From Anthoceros angustus (Eukaryota; Plantae; Anthocerotophyta): a stretch of 64,000 bases of DNA. Positions within the stretch are counted from its first letter, which is position 1; every line of letters begins with the position of its first letter. The notes below the pieces were generated by a model, which was not told the origin of the DNA, searched no databases, and worked only from the letters and a program-made list of their open reading frames with translations. A program made the position numbers and the translations under genes. This document shows, in pieces, positions 24,667 to 36,500 of this stretch. The stretch lies in the NCBI GenBank assembly GCA_010909165.1, contig MU008174.1, positions 434,001 through 498,000 of the forward strand. Reading direction: 5' to 3'.

Positions 24667-25542
24667 TACCGTCATGTGATCGCCCCGTGCTCGCTGCAAG
24701 CCTAGCGGCGGTGAGTGAGAATCAGCGACCAAGCACGCAGGCGCAGGCTTGCCAAAGACTGGTCGCCTCCATCCGCCGGCCAACGCGTAGCTATGAGGTC
24801 ATTGAGCATGCTGAGAAATCAAGTCCACTGTTGGCGGGTTCGGCCAAGGCCTAAGCAGTAGTAAGCAAGTACATTCGGCCATACTCTAAATAGGACTCTA
24901 TGGGCGAGAGGTTGTTCAGCCCATCAGCGCAGCGTGCAAGCGATTCTCCATTTGAAGGAGAGAAAACATGATCCGTGTTTACTTCAGCTATCTGCAGCCC
25001 AAAATATCACAACAACAACAAAATGACTTACTTTGCACACCATTTCGCCCTGAAAGCCCCCCAGCAAAAAGAAGGTTGCGCTTGACACACATGGTGGTGA
25101 TCTGCACACGTCCTGGCCCTGACCGACAAACCAGGACAAATCATCCACTCATATAAGTAGTAAAAAACAAATTCATCAGGTTAAAAAGAAATCGAGACTC
25201 ATATTCAACGCCCATAAATAGCTGCCGTGATAGAGCAATGTTTCAAGTAGCCTAATCAAATGGCAAAGAGCATCTCCTAGCACATCATACCAATCACAAA
25301 TACCTTGAGAGCCTCATGTGCCTTTGCGTCCGGAACTTTTGTGACCTTCCTCTAATTACAGACCAATAAACAACCGCACTGGAGTACTTCACATATACAT
25401 CATGCTTTGTTGTTGTCCAAGCCAGGTTCTCCAGCTGTAAATCATCGCTTCCACAAATGAGCCAATTTGGTCTGATAGTGCATGTGTAGGTAACCAGCAA
25501 GTAGTTCATCTCGTGCAACGACAACTTCATCACTACTATGGA

Positions 25543-26410
25543 CCAAGCCAACCCTTTACTCACCTAGAAGTCGAGAATGTGTGATCTCAATTGCAACTTG
25601 TATATCTGATACAAGTTAGCACCGCGCCAAGACGAGAGAGCTTCAAAGCAGGAGAAAGCGCAAGAGAGTGAGAGGAAACAAGACGAATTGCATGGAACTG
25701 AGCCACGTCGCGCTGGGGGAGATAGCCAAGCGCAAGGGTCGTGTCCTTTTGCGCCCAACGCATCCCGTACTACCCCTACTTACGTTCGCATGCTTCTCTG
25801 CACTTCGACGCATGTCCACAAGTCGTGAACCCCCGCCCCTCAAAGGCCGTGAACTTCATGTTCCTTGCCGGTTCTGGTTCGACCACCTACATAAGGTCAA
25901 ACCATAAGGGCGCCTGCCTAACCGTCCTTTGCCCAATACATTCAGACCTTGCCCGGACTCACCTCTTGCTCCCCCTTCGGACTTCCTCCATAGGAATCTG
26001 CGTCCGCCGGCCACCTGTCCGCCACCACCTGTCCGCCGGCCACCATTTTTCGGATGGGCTGCTACCCATGCCCCAACTCCGTGGCCCCACAGCCTCTCTT
26101 CAAAGAGTGACATCCGAACTTGGGTTCATTGGAAGTCCACAGTCAAGAGTCGTTGGGATGCATCGGTACTCGGATAGGGTGCCATCCATTCCCTAGCTCC
26201 ATGGCCCTGTGGGGCCACCTGATTATAAATCATGCCCTCCTTTCCGCATTGTGTGGGGCCACTAGTTGTTAGTGGGGCCACCCGTCATAAATGATGCCCT
26301 CGACTTCGCCCTTTATGCACCAAGCCAACCCTTTACTCACCTGAAAGTGGAGAATGTGCGATCTCACTTGCAGCTAGTATATAGATCTAATACAAGTTAG
26401 TGCCACACCA
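25543..26410. repeat. Pair of diverged ~90-bp direct repeats (25543-25630, 26320-26410) bracketing a repeat-family segment also seen at 47735-47980
   Basis: ccaagccaaccctttactcacct...gagaatgtg.gatctca.ttgca occurs twice; 26070-26210 (gtgacatcc...gggttcattggaagtccaca...ggatagggtgc) matches 47735-47980. Confidence 0.6.
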
Positions 26411-26486
26411 AGCCTAGCCGAGCCGCATTGTGAGCTATCGCAGATGCACACAAAACATAGTCTAGCCCTCCAACAACAACTAACAG

Positions 26487-28007
26487 GCTGAATACTGGTT
26501 GGAGAAGCATGTAATGGTGCACCAGCTTCCTCTCCAGGCTGTGCTTCTTATGGGTTTGGCATCTTCACACATTCATGCCCTGTTTGAGCTCAACTCAGGA
26601 CTTTTACAATTCATATCATAAATATTATTAGGTATATGATGTCAAGGCATTGTATAATTTATTGAGTAATTAAATATTCTATTTATATTTTACTTAATTT
26701 AGAGGACCTCAAGGCTCTTACAACTATAATGGAGCAAACCGACAGGGAGGTCTTGGAGAACGAACAACACAATGGTTCTTTGTGAGTAGAGATCATATAT
26801 ATGTAGACAGCTTATAAGAGCCTTAGAACAGGCATGTCGAGCCGCAAACAGGCGACATAGCTGTCATGGGTGCTATCTACATGCATATCCACTTTGGTCC
26901 ATCAGCCTAAGACTATATCCGCCTGACATACACCTACCTAGCCTAAGGCTACAGCCGTGAACACAAAAATCGATTGTCAGAATCACATTTGCGGCATCGC
27001 CACAAGCTTTGATCAGTTCAGAGTACTCCTCTAAGACGTTGGCAGACGGGAAGCTATATGCACACACTATGCACTTTACTTAGCTTGTGCAAATATAACA
27101 ATACGTGGAGCACCACGCGCCGCCACATGGTTTTATCCTCTATTAGTGATGTATGACGCCACCTTCAACCCACAAGCGTGGTGCCTACATCCTTATCCGG
27201 CGGGCGCACTTTGCAGCCAGCCCACGAGATGCATAATAGACACCACCTAGGCCCGGAGTTTGGGCGAACAGTGGCGGATTAGTACCCGCATGGAGTACCC
27301 TCCTTTTGGTGGTTTGAAAAATTTGTAAATCATCCATGTATCTAAGCTAAGCTCTAAAGTACGAGATTTCCTTCTTGATTATGGTGTAATAAATATAGTG
27401 CCTCTCTAAACTTCCAGGCCTCGGCACTCCAACAACAACAAGGCGCGTCGTGATTACTCCACATAAGCAGCAGCCACGATACCTACGCACTGTTGCGAGA
27501 GATCTTCCTCTGTTTCTCACTGATGTGAGCACATAACCATGCTTGCACCTGAATGTTCAGTTGTGCATTGTGGAGGATCTTGGTCTCAATGCCTTCATTG
27601 AAGTCGCTTAGGGCCCCGTGCCGGTACGGTGGTTCAAAGTGTTATACCATCCTTGTCTACCTTGACCTCCACTAGTCGTGGATTTCAAAAAGCATTGATT
27701 TGCCCTCAATAAAAACTTTGAAATATTAACAAAGATCGTCTCGTTTCCATGGTCTTTGACAATTGTTTTTGATATACTTTGCTTTATGAAGAAATTTTAA
27801 ACACAGGAAAATTGTTCGAAAGTTTTTTCTAACCATTGGTTTACATGAGCTGTCTTAGAAATTACTTTTCTAATCTTTGCTTTGTCATGGATTTCAAATG
27901 CATTGCCCTTGGTTGAAGTGGAGTCCAATTTTGACACTCTTTTAAGTTGGATGAGAGGTTCATAATGTTCTCTCTCTGCATCAAACAAAATACTTAAAAC
28001 CGCCTGT
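26487..28007. mobile_element. Diverged copy of the OTU cassette: fossil spliced gene X (+) and the 3' part of the OTU ORF (-)
   Basis: Collinear with 45025-46680; minus strand LSILFDAEREHYEPLIQL; plus-strand exons 26488-26631 and 26702 onward join in phase. Confidence 0.7.
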
Positions 28008-29900
28008 GTATGTCGTTTGCACACTGCTGCCAATATCTTCAGTTCTAATTCTCTTTAGAAGTATTAGAGTTTCCTCCACGGTAGAGTTGGACGGTACGAC
28101 CTAATTCTTGGGCGCAGCGCAAACATCATAAAATGAGAAGCAGCAAATATCATAAAATGAGAAGCAGGATTTGGGAAAAGACAAGTTCATTGACATGAGA
28201 AACATGAGAATTCTTAGATCCCTACTTCTCTACTGCCAATCTTATGACACTGGATGCATATCATAGCCACATCAATGCTTCCGTGACGAGCTGAAGGACT
28301 TCAATACCTATTCTTTGACACAGCAGCAGAAAATTCAAAATGGACCAGCTCCTTTGCCTCTACTCTGCACTTTGAAGACACTTCTACTAGACTGGCTTGG
28401 GAATAGGTTGAACCTGCCAAAGGGACATTGCCATGCAGGGTCTGTTTCTTGGTCTCAACAGTGCTGGCAATGGTCTCCAGGTCTTGCATACTCGTCTACA
28501 TCATGGTGTGACAGGTCAACATGCTCCAAGACTAAATCGAGTATGTCCTTTCTCCCTGCAACCAAATACATATGCTTATAAGGGTATTGTTGAAATCTCA
28601 TTTGTATAGATGAACTCCTTCTAAAAGCTTCATTACTCTTGGTTCATGTCATGTGATGAGTTTAGTGCCTCTCTAAACTTCCGGGCCTCGGCACTCCAAC
28701 AACAACAAGTAGCGTCGTGATTACTCCATAAGCGTGACCCGATACCTCGCCGTGCAGAGATCTTCCCTCATTTCTCAGTGTGAGCACATAACCATGCTTG
28801 CACAGATATTCGATTGTGCATTGTGGAGGATCTTGGTCTCAATGCCTTCATTGAAGAGTAGCTTAGGGCCCGTCTTGCGATGCGGTGGTTCAAAGTGTTA
28901 TACCATCCTTGTCTACCTTGACCTCCACTAGTCGTGGATTTCAAAAAGCATTGATTTGCCTCAATAAAAACTTTGAAATATTAACAAAGATCGTCTCGTT
29001 TCCATGGTCTTTGACAATTGTTTTTGATATACTTTGCTTTATGAAGAAATTTTAAACACGGAAAATTGTTCGAAGTTTTTCTAACCATTGGTTAGTTTGA
29101 CATCTTAGAAATTACTTTTCTAATCTTTGCTTTGTCATGGATTTCAAATGCATTGTATTGGTTGAAGTGGAGTCAATTTTGACACTCTTTTAAGTTGGAT
29201 GAGAGGTTCATAATGTTCTCTCTGCATCAAACAAAATACTTAAAACCTTTGTGTATATCGTTTGCTGCTAGCATAATATCTTGATTCTAATTCTCTTTAG
29301 AAGTATTAGAGTTTCCTCCGCGTAGAGTTGACCAGATGCGACCTAATTCTTGGGCGCACAAACATCATAAAATGAGAAGCGACAAATATCATAAAATGAA
29401 GCGATTTGGGAAAAGACAAGTTCATTGACATGAGAAACATGAGAATTCTTAGATCCCTACTTCTCTACTGCCAATCTTATGACACTGGATGCATATCATA
29501 GCCACATCAATGCTTCCGTGACGAGCTGAAGGACTTCAATACCTATTCTTTGACATGACGAGAAAATTCAAATGGACCAGCTCTTTGCCTCTACTCGCAC
29601 TTTGAAGACACTTCTACTAGGCTTGGGAATAGGTTGAACACAAAGGACATTGCCATGCGGTGCATTTCTTGGTCTCAGGTCTTGGCAATGGTCTCCAGGT
29701 CTTGCATACTCGTCTACATCATGGTGTGACAGGTCAACATGCTCCAAGACTCTGCCCCATAAATCGAGTATGTGCCCTTTCTCCCTGGCAACCAAATACA
29801 TATGCTTATAAGGGTATGTGCTTGCTGAAATCTCATTTGTATAGATGAACTCCTTCTAAAAGCTTCATTGCTACTGGTTCATGTCATGTGATGAGTTTAG
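27396..29900. repeat. Tandem near-duplication of ~1.25 kb (27396-28662 / 28663-29900)
   Basis: Both copies start tagtgcctctctaaacttcc and end gtcatgtgatgagtttag, with many small indels. Confidence 0.88.
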
Positions 29901-30595
29901 GCTTGGGGCCCTAAAATGTACCAAGACACAATTACGATGTTTCGTCGTCGTCTGTCAAATGCTCATCACCTCACGATAGTTGCTTGTAGGAACCCAGTTT
30001 CCTCCTCCCGATGGTCCTCCTTGCCCTTTTGCTACAAGTCCTTGGAAAATATTGCCGCCCACGTTTCCAATATGTCCAGGTGAACAAAACTGTCATAGGC
30101 CCCCCTTTCGACAAGTTCCGTTCTTGATATTGGAAGTTAGTCCTCTCCACAACACAACAACAAATTAAACATCTTAATTATCTTCAAGTAAGTAAGCAAC
30201 ATTGATTAAGTATTGATTAGTGTTAATTAAACATGGTTAGCAATAGCTAAGTGGATCAGCACAAGTAATATGCTTCAGCATATCCCCTGCATATTATAGT
30301 GTATTCTTAGGATATTTCCGGCATATGCTTGTGCCAATAAGATATCTTAGGAATATATAAACCCTTTCACAGAGGACAAGCTCATATCATAGCTTGTCCT
30401 CTACATATGCAATGCAAAAGTATTGTGAGGAGGCCAAAGCTATGACTCCGAGAGCGGTGTGTGAAAAATTTGCGAGTTGTTCTTGTGAGAGAGTGTGTTT
30501 GTGTCACGACATGCGAGCTACTCTCTCCTATTGTTTGTCTGTTGAGGAAGTGCTCATATGAACGCAAGTGCTTACTTCGTGCGATAGGTGTGACA

Positions 30596-33500
30596 CCCTA
30601 CTTGGGTACCTTGGGCAGCAACCTTTCCAGATTAGGCAGATACCAGCCTAGGAAGTTGCTAAAAAGGAATGTACGTGTAAGGTTGTGGATAAATAGGATA
30701 TATTAAAAATAAAAGAACATAAATATGTAGGGTAGGTAGTGTAGGGCGCTTTTAGCAAGTAGGGCTGCTAAACAGAAGATGGTGAAAATGGTGCCACATG
30801 GCAAGGAATCAACGGTCCACATCAAGTTTGATTCAACATGAGTGGCCATGCAAGCCATGCAGTGGAGGAAGCTTGTGACGAATCGCGAGGAAGAGCTTGT
30901 GCATGCAAGGGAGAGCTAGGGCAAGTACTTGTTGAGGTCGTGGTGCCCATGTGTGTGCAAGAAGAAGGAGGTGTGCGTGCGTAGGAGTTGTGGGTGAAGG
31001 AATTTGAAGCACAGCTGTGAAGAGGGTGGCGGCGCTGAATTTTGTACTAAGCACCTTGCAAGTGAGGGATTTGGGCGCACAAGGAGCTATGTGCTATGAG
31101 GGCATCAAGGTTGAGCTAGGTAGAACTGTGGAGTGGGAAGGCAATAAGTGGGAAAGGGGTTTTTGTATGGCAAGTGAAGAAATCTTGCACTTGTATGTAG
31201 AAACTGAGGTGACACTCGCGTAGAAGAGAGCAAGTGCGTGTGCCCAAGCTTGTCTTATTTGTGCAATTATCTTGAGGAGTGCAAGATGGTCAAGGAGCCT
31301 GCACCTAAGAAGAGCAAGATGGTGGCTAGGGAGCCAGAAGAAGAGGTACAAATGCCCGAATTTAATTGCTTCCCCGTGGGTGGAGTCTAGGCGAGCCCAA
31401 CAGCCCAACATACAATTGCGGAGGGTATATGGCCGTCGAGCCTATGTCAACTTGGAAGTGATAGAGAATGCTTTATAATTTCACTATCTACGGCAGAACT
31501 TGAGAAGGTGGAAAATAGGGATACAGGGGCCGATCTAGGGTGGTGGACACACCAACACATTTGACAAGGAAAGGCCGAGGAGGCTCAAGAGGGGATCGCA
31601 ATCATGGAGCTTGAGAGGAAGGTCGAGGAGGAAGGAGAAGAGGAAAAGGAGGATAGAAAGTGTCATGAGCTGCTTAAGAAGGCTATGGACGTGCTGCAGC
31701 GCGAGTACAAGTCTAGAGGGAAAGGTGGTTGGTGCATTGACAAACTCAAGGAAGAGAAATGAACAATGTTTGCTAAGATTCTCCTTGGATTTGTGAGTGC
31801 TCAGTGGGAAGACGCATCTTAGTGATAATTGTATTTCATTTGGAGGTTGTCTAGGGGTTTATTTCGGATAGGGAATGGTAATGTGATGTCTATGCTACAT
31901 CAGCGCAAGGTTGTATGCCCAATGCAAGGAATTCAAGAGCATGCGAGAATACTTACCTCTCCACGTGATCCATATCTATGACCTCCAAGGGTTATTGAAA
32001 CAGGGAGAATTAAAATTTTCTAGGATGGATTTCCAAGTGGTGCCATTGGATAAAGGCCCACCCGTCGAGAAGTCCCAACAACAAGAGACGGGAAGAAAAG
32101 GAAAGTGGAGGAGGAGCTTACACGTCCATGCGCACGAGGAAGAAGAAGAGGAAGAGGTTCATATGGTGAGAGGACTAAGAAAGATATTAGTGAGAAGAGG
32201 TGAGTTGGAGCCATCCCGCCAGTGAAGAAGCTCTCATGGAGAGAGTTAAGGCCTCCATTGCATAGCTACAAGAAGAGTTGGCACGGGTAGAAGAGAAGAA
32301 ACTAGCTCGGGCGAACTCGGGCAGCTAGGAAGGGCTGGAAGGATGGGCGTGGACACTTGCACCCCTTCACTACATTGGGTGCCACAGCTTATCGATGGGA
32401 CTCGAGAGAGGCCCACTGTCCCTATGATAGAGGGCAACACAAGATGATCGAGGGTGAGAATCCTGTCGCCACGCTGGCACCCAACATAGTGAAGGGGTGG
32501 AAGTCTCCGCCCCGCACTTCTAGCCCTTCCTAGCTGCCCAAGTTCCCGCTAGCTTCTCCTCTACTTCTATCCATACTCAGCTTCTTGCGCCTCCAATGGA
32601 AGCGCCTTAACTCTCCATGAGAGCTTCTTCACCTCGACGCCAGATGGCTCCAACTCACCTCTCTCACTAATATCTTCTTAGTCCTCTCACCATATGAACT
32701 CTCTTCCTCTTCTTCTTCCTCGCTCATAGGGACACCGTGGTAAGCTCCTCCTCCACTTTCCTTTCTTCCTGCCTCTTGTTGTTGGGACTTCTCGACAGCG
32801 AGGGATCTTTATCCAATGGCACCACTTGGAAATCCATCCTAGAAAATTTTAATTCTCCTGCTTCAATAACCCTTGAGGTCATAGATATGGATCACGTGGA
32901 GAGGTACGATTCTCGCATGCTCTTGAATTCCTTGCATTGGGCATAAGCAACCTTGCACGATGTGTAGCATAGACATCATACATTACCATTCCCTATCCGA
33001 AGTAAACCCCCTAGACAACCTCCAAATGAAATACAATTGCGCATCGCTAAGATGCGTCTTCCCACTGAGCACTCACAAATCCAAGGAGAATCTTAGCAAA
33101 CATTGTTCATTTCTCTTGAGTTTGTCAATGCCAACCACCTTCCCTTTAGACTTGTACACCGCAAGACGTCCATAGCCTTCTCCTCATGACACTTTCTATC
33201 CTCCTTTCTCTTCTCCTTCCTCCTCGACCTTCCTCTCAAGCTCCATGATTGCGATCCCTCTTGAGCCTCCCTCGGCCTTTCATATACTTGTCAAATGTGT
33301 TGGGCTGTCCAGCACCCTAGATCAGTCCTTGCATCCCTATTTTCCAGCTTCTCAAGTTCCTGCCGTAGCATAGTGAAATTATAAAGCATTCCTCTATCAC
33401 TTCCAAGTTGACATAGGCTCAGTGACGGCCATATACCCTCTGCAATTGTATGTTGGGCTCACTAGCAAACCGCCTGAACGCCTCCAAGTGCCTAGACTCC

Positions 33501-36500
33501 ACCTGCGCATGGAAGCAATAAATTCGAGCATTTGTACCACTTATGCTGGCTCCCTAGCCACCATCTTGCTCTTCTTAGGCGCAATCACCTTCACCATCTT
33601 GCACTCCACAAGATAATGCACAAATAAGACAGGCTTGGGCACAGGCACTTGCTCTCTTCTACTTAGTTGTCACCTCTACACACAAGTGCGAGATTTTTTC
33701 ACTTACCACACAGAAACCCTTTTCCACTTACTTCCTTCCCACTCCATAGTCCTACCTAGCTCAACCTTGATGCCCCTCATAGCACCATGCGCCCAAATCC
33801 CTCACTTGCAAGGTGCTTGGTACAAAATTCAGCGCCACCACCCTCTTCACAGTTATGCTTCAAATTTCTTCACACACAACTCTCTACGCACGCACACCTC
33901 CTTCTTCTTGCACACACATGGACACCACGTCCTCACAAGTCCTTGCCCTAGCTCTCCCTTGCATGCATAAGGTCTTCCTCGCAATTCCTCACAAGCCTGC
34001 CAAGGTGCCACTCCCACACACTAAGCTTGCATGGCCCTTGGCGTGACAAAACTTGTGGACGTTGATTCCTCAGGGTAGGTAGTAGGGCTTTTAGCAAGTA
34101 GGGCTGCTAAACAGAAGATGGTGAAAATGGTGCCACATGGCAAGGAATCAACGGTCCACATCAAGTTTCAGTGTCACTGCCAAGTGGCCATGCAAGCTTG
34201 GTGTGTAGGGAGTGGCACCTTGGCAAGCTTGTGACGAATCGCGAGGAAGAGCTTGTGCATGCAAGGGAGAGCTAGGGCAAGTACTTGTTGAGGTCGTGGT
34301 GCCCATGTGTGTGCAAGAAGAAGGAGGTGTGCGTGCGTAGGAGTTGTGGGTGAAGGAATTTGAAGCACAGCTGTGAAGAGGGTGGCGGCGCTGAATTTTG
34401 TACTAAGCACCTTGCAAGTGAGGGATTTGGGCGCACAAGGAGCTATGTGCTATGAGGGCATCAAGGTTGAGCTAGGTAATGTGGAGGGAAGGCAATAAGT
34501 GGGAAAGGGGTTTTGTATGGCAAGTGAAGAAATCTTGCACTTATGTAGAACCGAGGTGACACTCACAGAAGAGAGCAAGTGCGCCCAAGCTTGTCTTATT
34601 TGTGCAATTATCTTGAGGAGTGCAAGATGGTCAAGGAGCCTGCACCTAAGAAGAGCAAGATGGTGGCTAGGGAGCCAGAAGAAGAGGTACAAATGCCCGA
34701 ATTTAATTGCTTCCCTGCGTAGGTGGAGTCTAGGCGGTTTGCTAGTGAGCCCAACATACAATTGCAGAGGGTATATGGCCGTCACTGAGCCTATGTCAAC
34801 TTGGAAGTGATAGAGGAATGCTTTATAATTTCACTATGCTACGGCAGGAACTTGAGAAGCTGGAAAATAGGGATGCAAGGACTGATCTAGGGTGGTGGAC
34901 AGCCCAACACATTTGACAAGTATATGAAAGGCCAGAGGAGGAGGCTCAAGAGGGGATCGCAATCATGGAGCTTGAGAGGAAGGTCGAGGAGGAAGGAGAA
35001 GAGAAAAAGGAGGATAGAAAGTGTCATGAGCTGCTTAAGAAGGCTATGGACGTGCTGCAGCGCGGGTACAAGTCTAGAGGGAAAGGTGGTTGGTGCATTG
35101 ACAAACTCAAGGAAGAGAAATGAACAATGTTTGCTAAGATTCTCCTTGGATTTGTGAGTGCTCAGTGGGAAGACGCATCTTAGTGATGCGCAATTGTATT
35201 TCATTTGGAGGTTGTCTAGGGGGTTTATTTCGGATAGGGAATGGTAATGTATGATGTCTATGCTACACATCGCGCAAGGTTGCTTATGCCCAATGCAAGG
35301 AATTCAAGAGCATGCAGGAATACGTACCTCTCCACGTGATCCATATCTATGACCTCCAAGGGTTATTGAAACAGGGAGAATTAAAATTTTCTAGGATGGA
35401 TTTCCAAGTGGTGCCATTGGATAAAGGAATCCCTACGCCTGTCAGAGAAGTCCCAACAACAAGAGACGGGAAGAAAAGGAAAGTGGAGGAGGAGCTTACC
35501 ACGGTGTCCTATGCACGAGGAAGAAGAAGAGGAAGAGGTTCATATGGTGAGAGGACTAAGAAAGATATTAGTGAGAAGAGGTGAGTTGGAGCCATCCCCT
35601 ACAGCAGTCGAGAGTGAAGAAGCTCTCATGGAGAGAGTTAAGGCAGCTTCCATTGCAGAAGAAGCTACAAGAAGAGTTGGCACGGGTAGAAGAGTAGAAA
35701 CTAGCAAGTCGGCGAACTCGGGCAGCTAGGAAGGGCTGGAAGGATGGGCGTGACACTTGCACCCCTTCACTACATTGGGTGCCACAGCTTATCGTATGGG
35801 ACTCGAGAGAGGCCCACTGTCCCTATGATAGAGGCAACACAAGATGATCAGGGGTGAGAATCCCTACCAAGTCGGCCACGAAGGGGTGGAAGTCTCCGCC
35901 CCGCACTCTAGCCCTTCCTAGCTGCCCAAGTTCCCGACTGCTAGCTTCTCCTTCTACTTATCCATACCAGCTCGCCTCCAAATGGAAGCCTTAACTCTCC
36001 ATGAGAGCTTCTTCACTCTCGACGCGAGGGATGGCTCCAACTCACCTCTTCCTCACTAATATCTTTCTTAGTCCTCTCACCATATGAACCTCTTCCTCTT
36101 CTTCCTCGCTCATGGGACACCGTGGTAAGCTCCTCCTCCACTTTCCTTTCTTCCGCCTCTTGTTGTTGGGACTCCGACAGCGAGGGATTCCTTTATCCAA
36201 TGGCACCACTTGGAAATCCATCCTAGAAAATTTTAATTCTCCCCTGCTTTCAATAACCCTTGGAGGTCATAGATATGGATCACGTGGAGAGGTAATGATT
36301 CTCGCATGCCTTGAATTCCTTGCATTGGGCATAAGCAACCTTGCACGATGTGTAGCATAGACATCATACATTACCATTCTATCCAAGTAAACCCCTAGAC
36401 AACCTCCAAATGAAATACAATTGCGCATCGCTAAGATGCGTTCTTCCAATCGAGCACTCACAAATCCAAGGAGAATCTTGTAGCAAACATTGTTCATTTC

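Noticed and set aside
24667-25200. DYW deaminase continuing the PPR gene
   Set aside because: No HxE, CxxC or DYW-like terminal motif seen after the stop.
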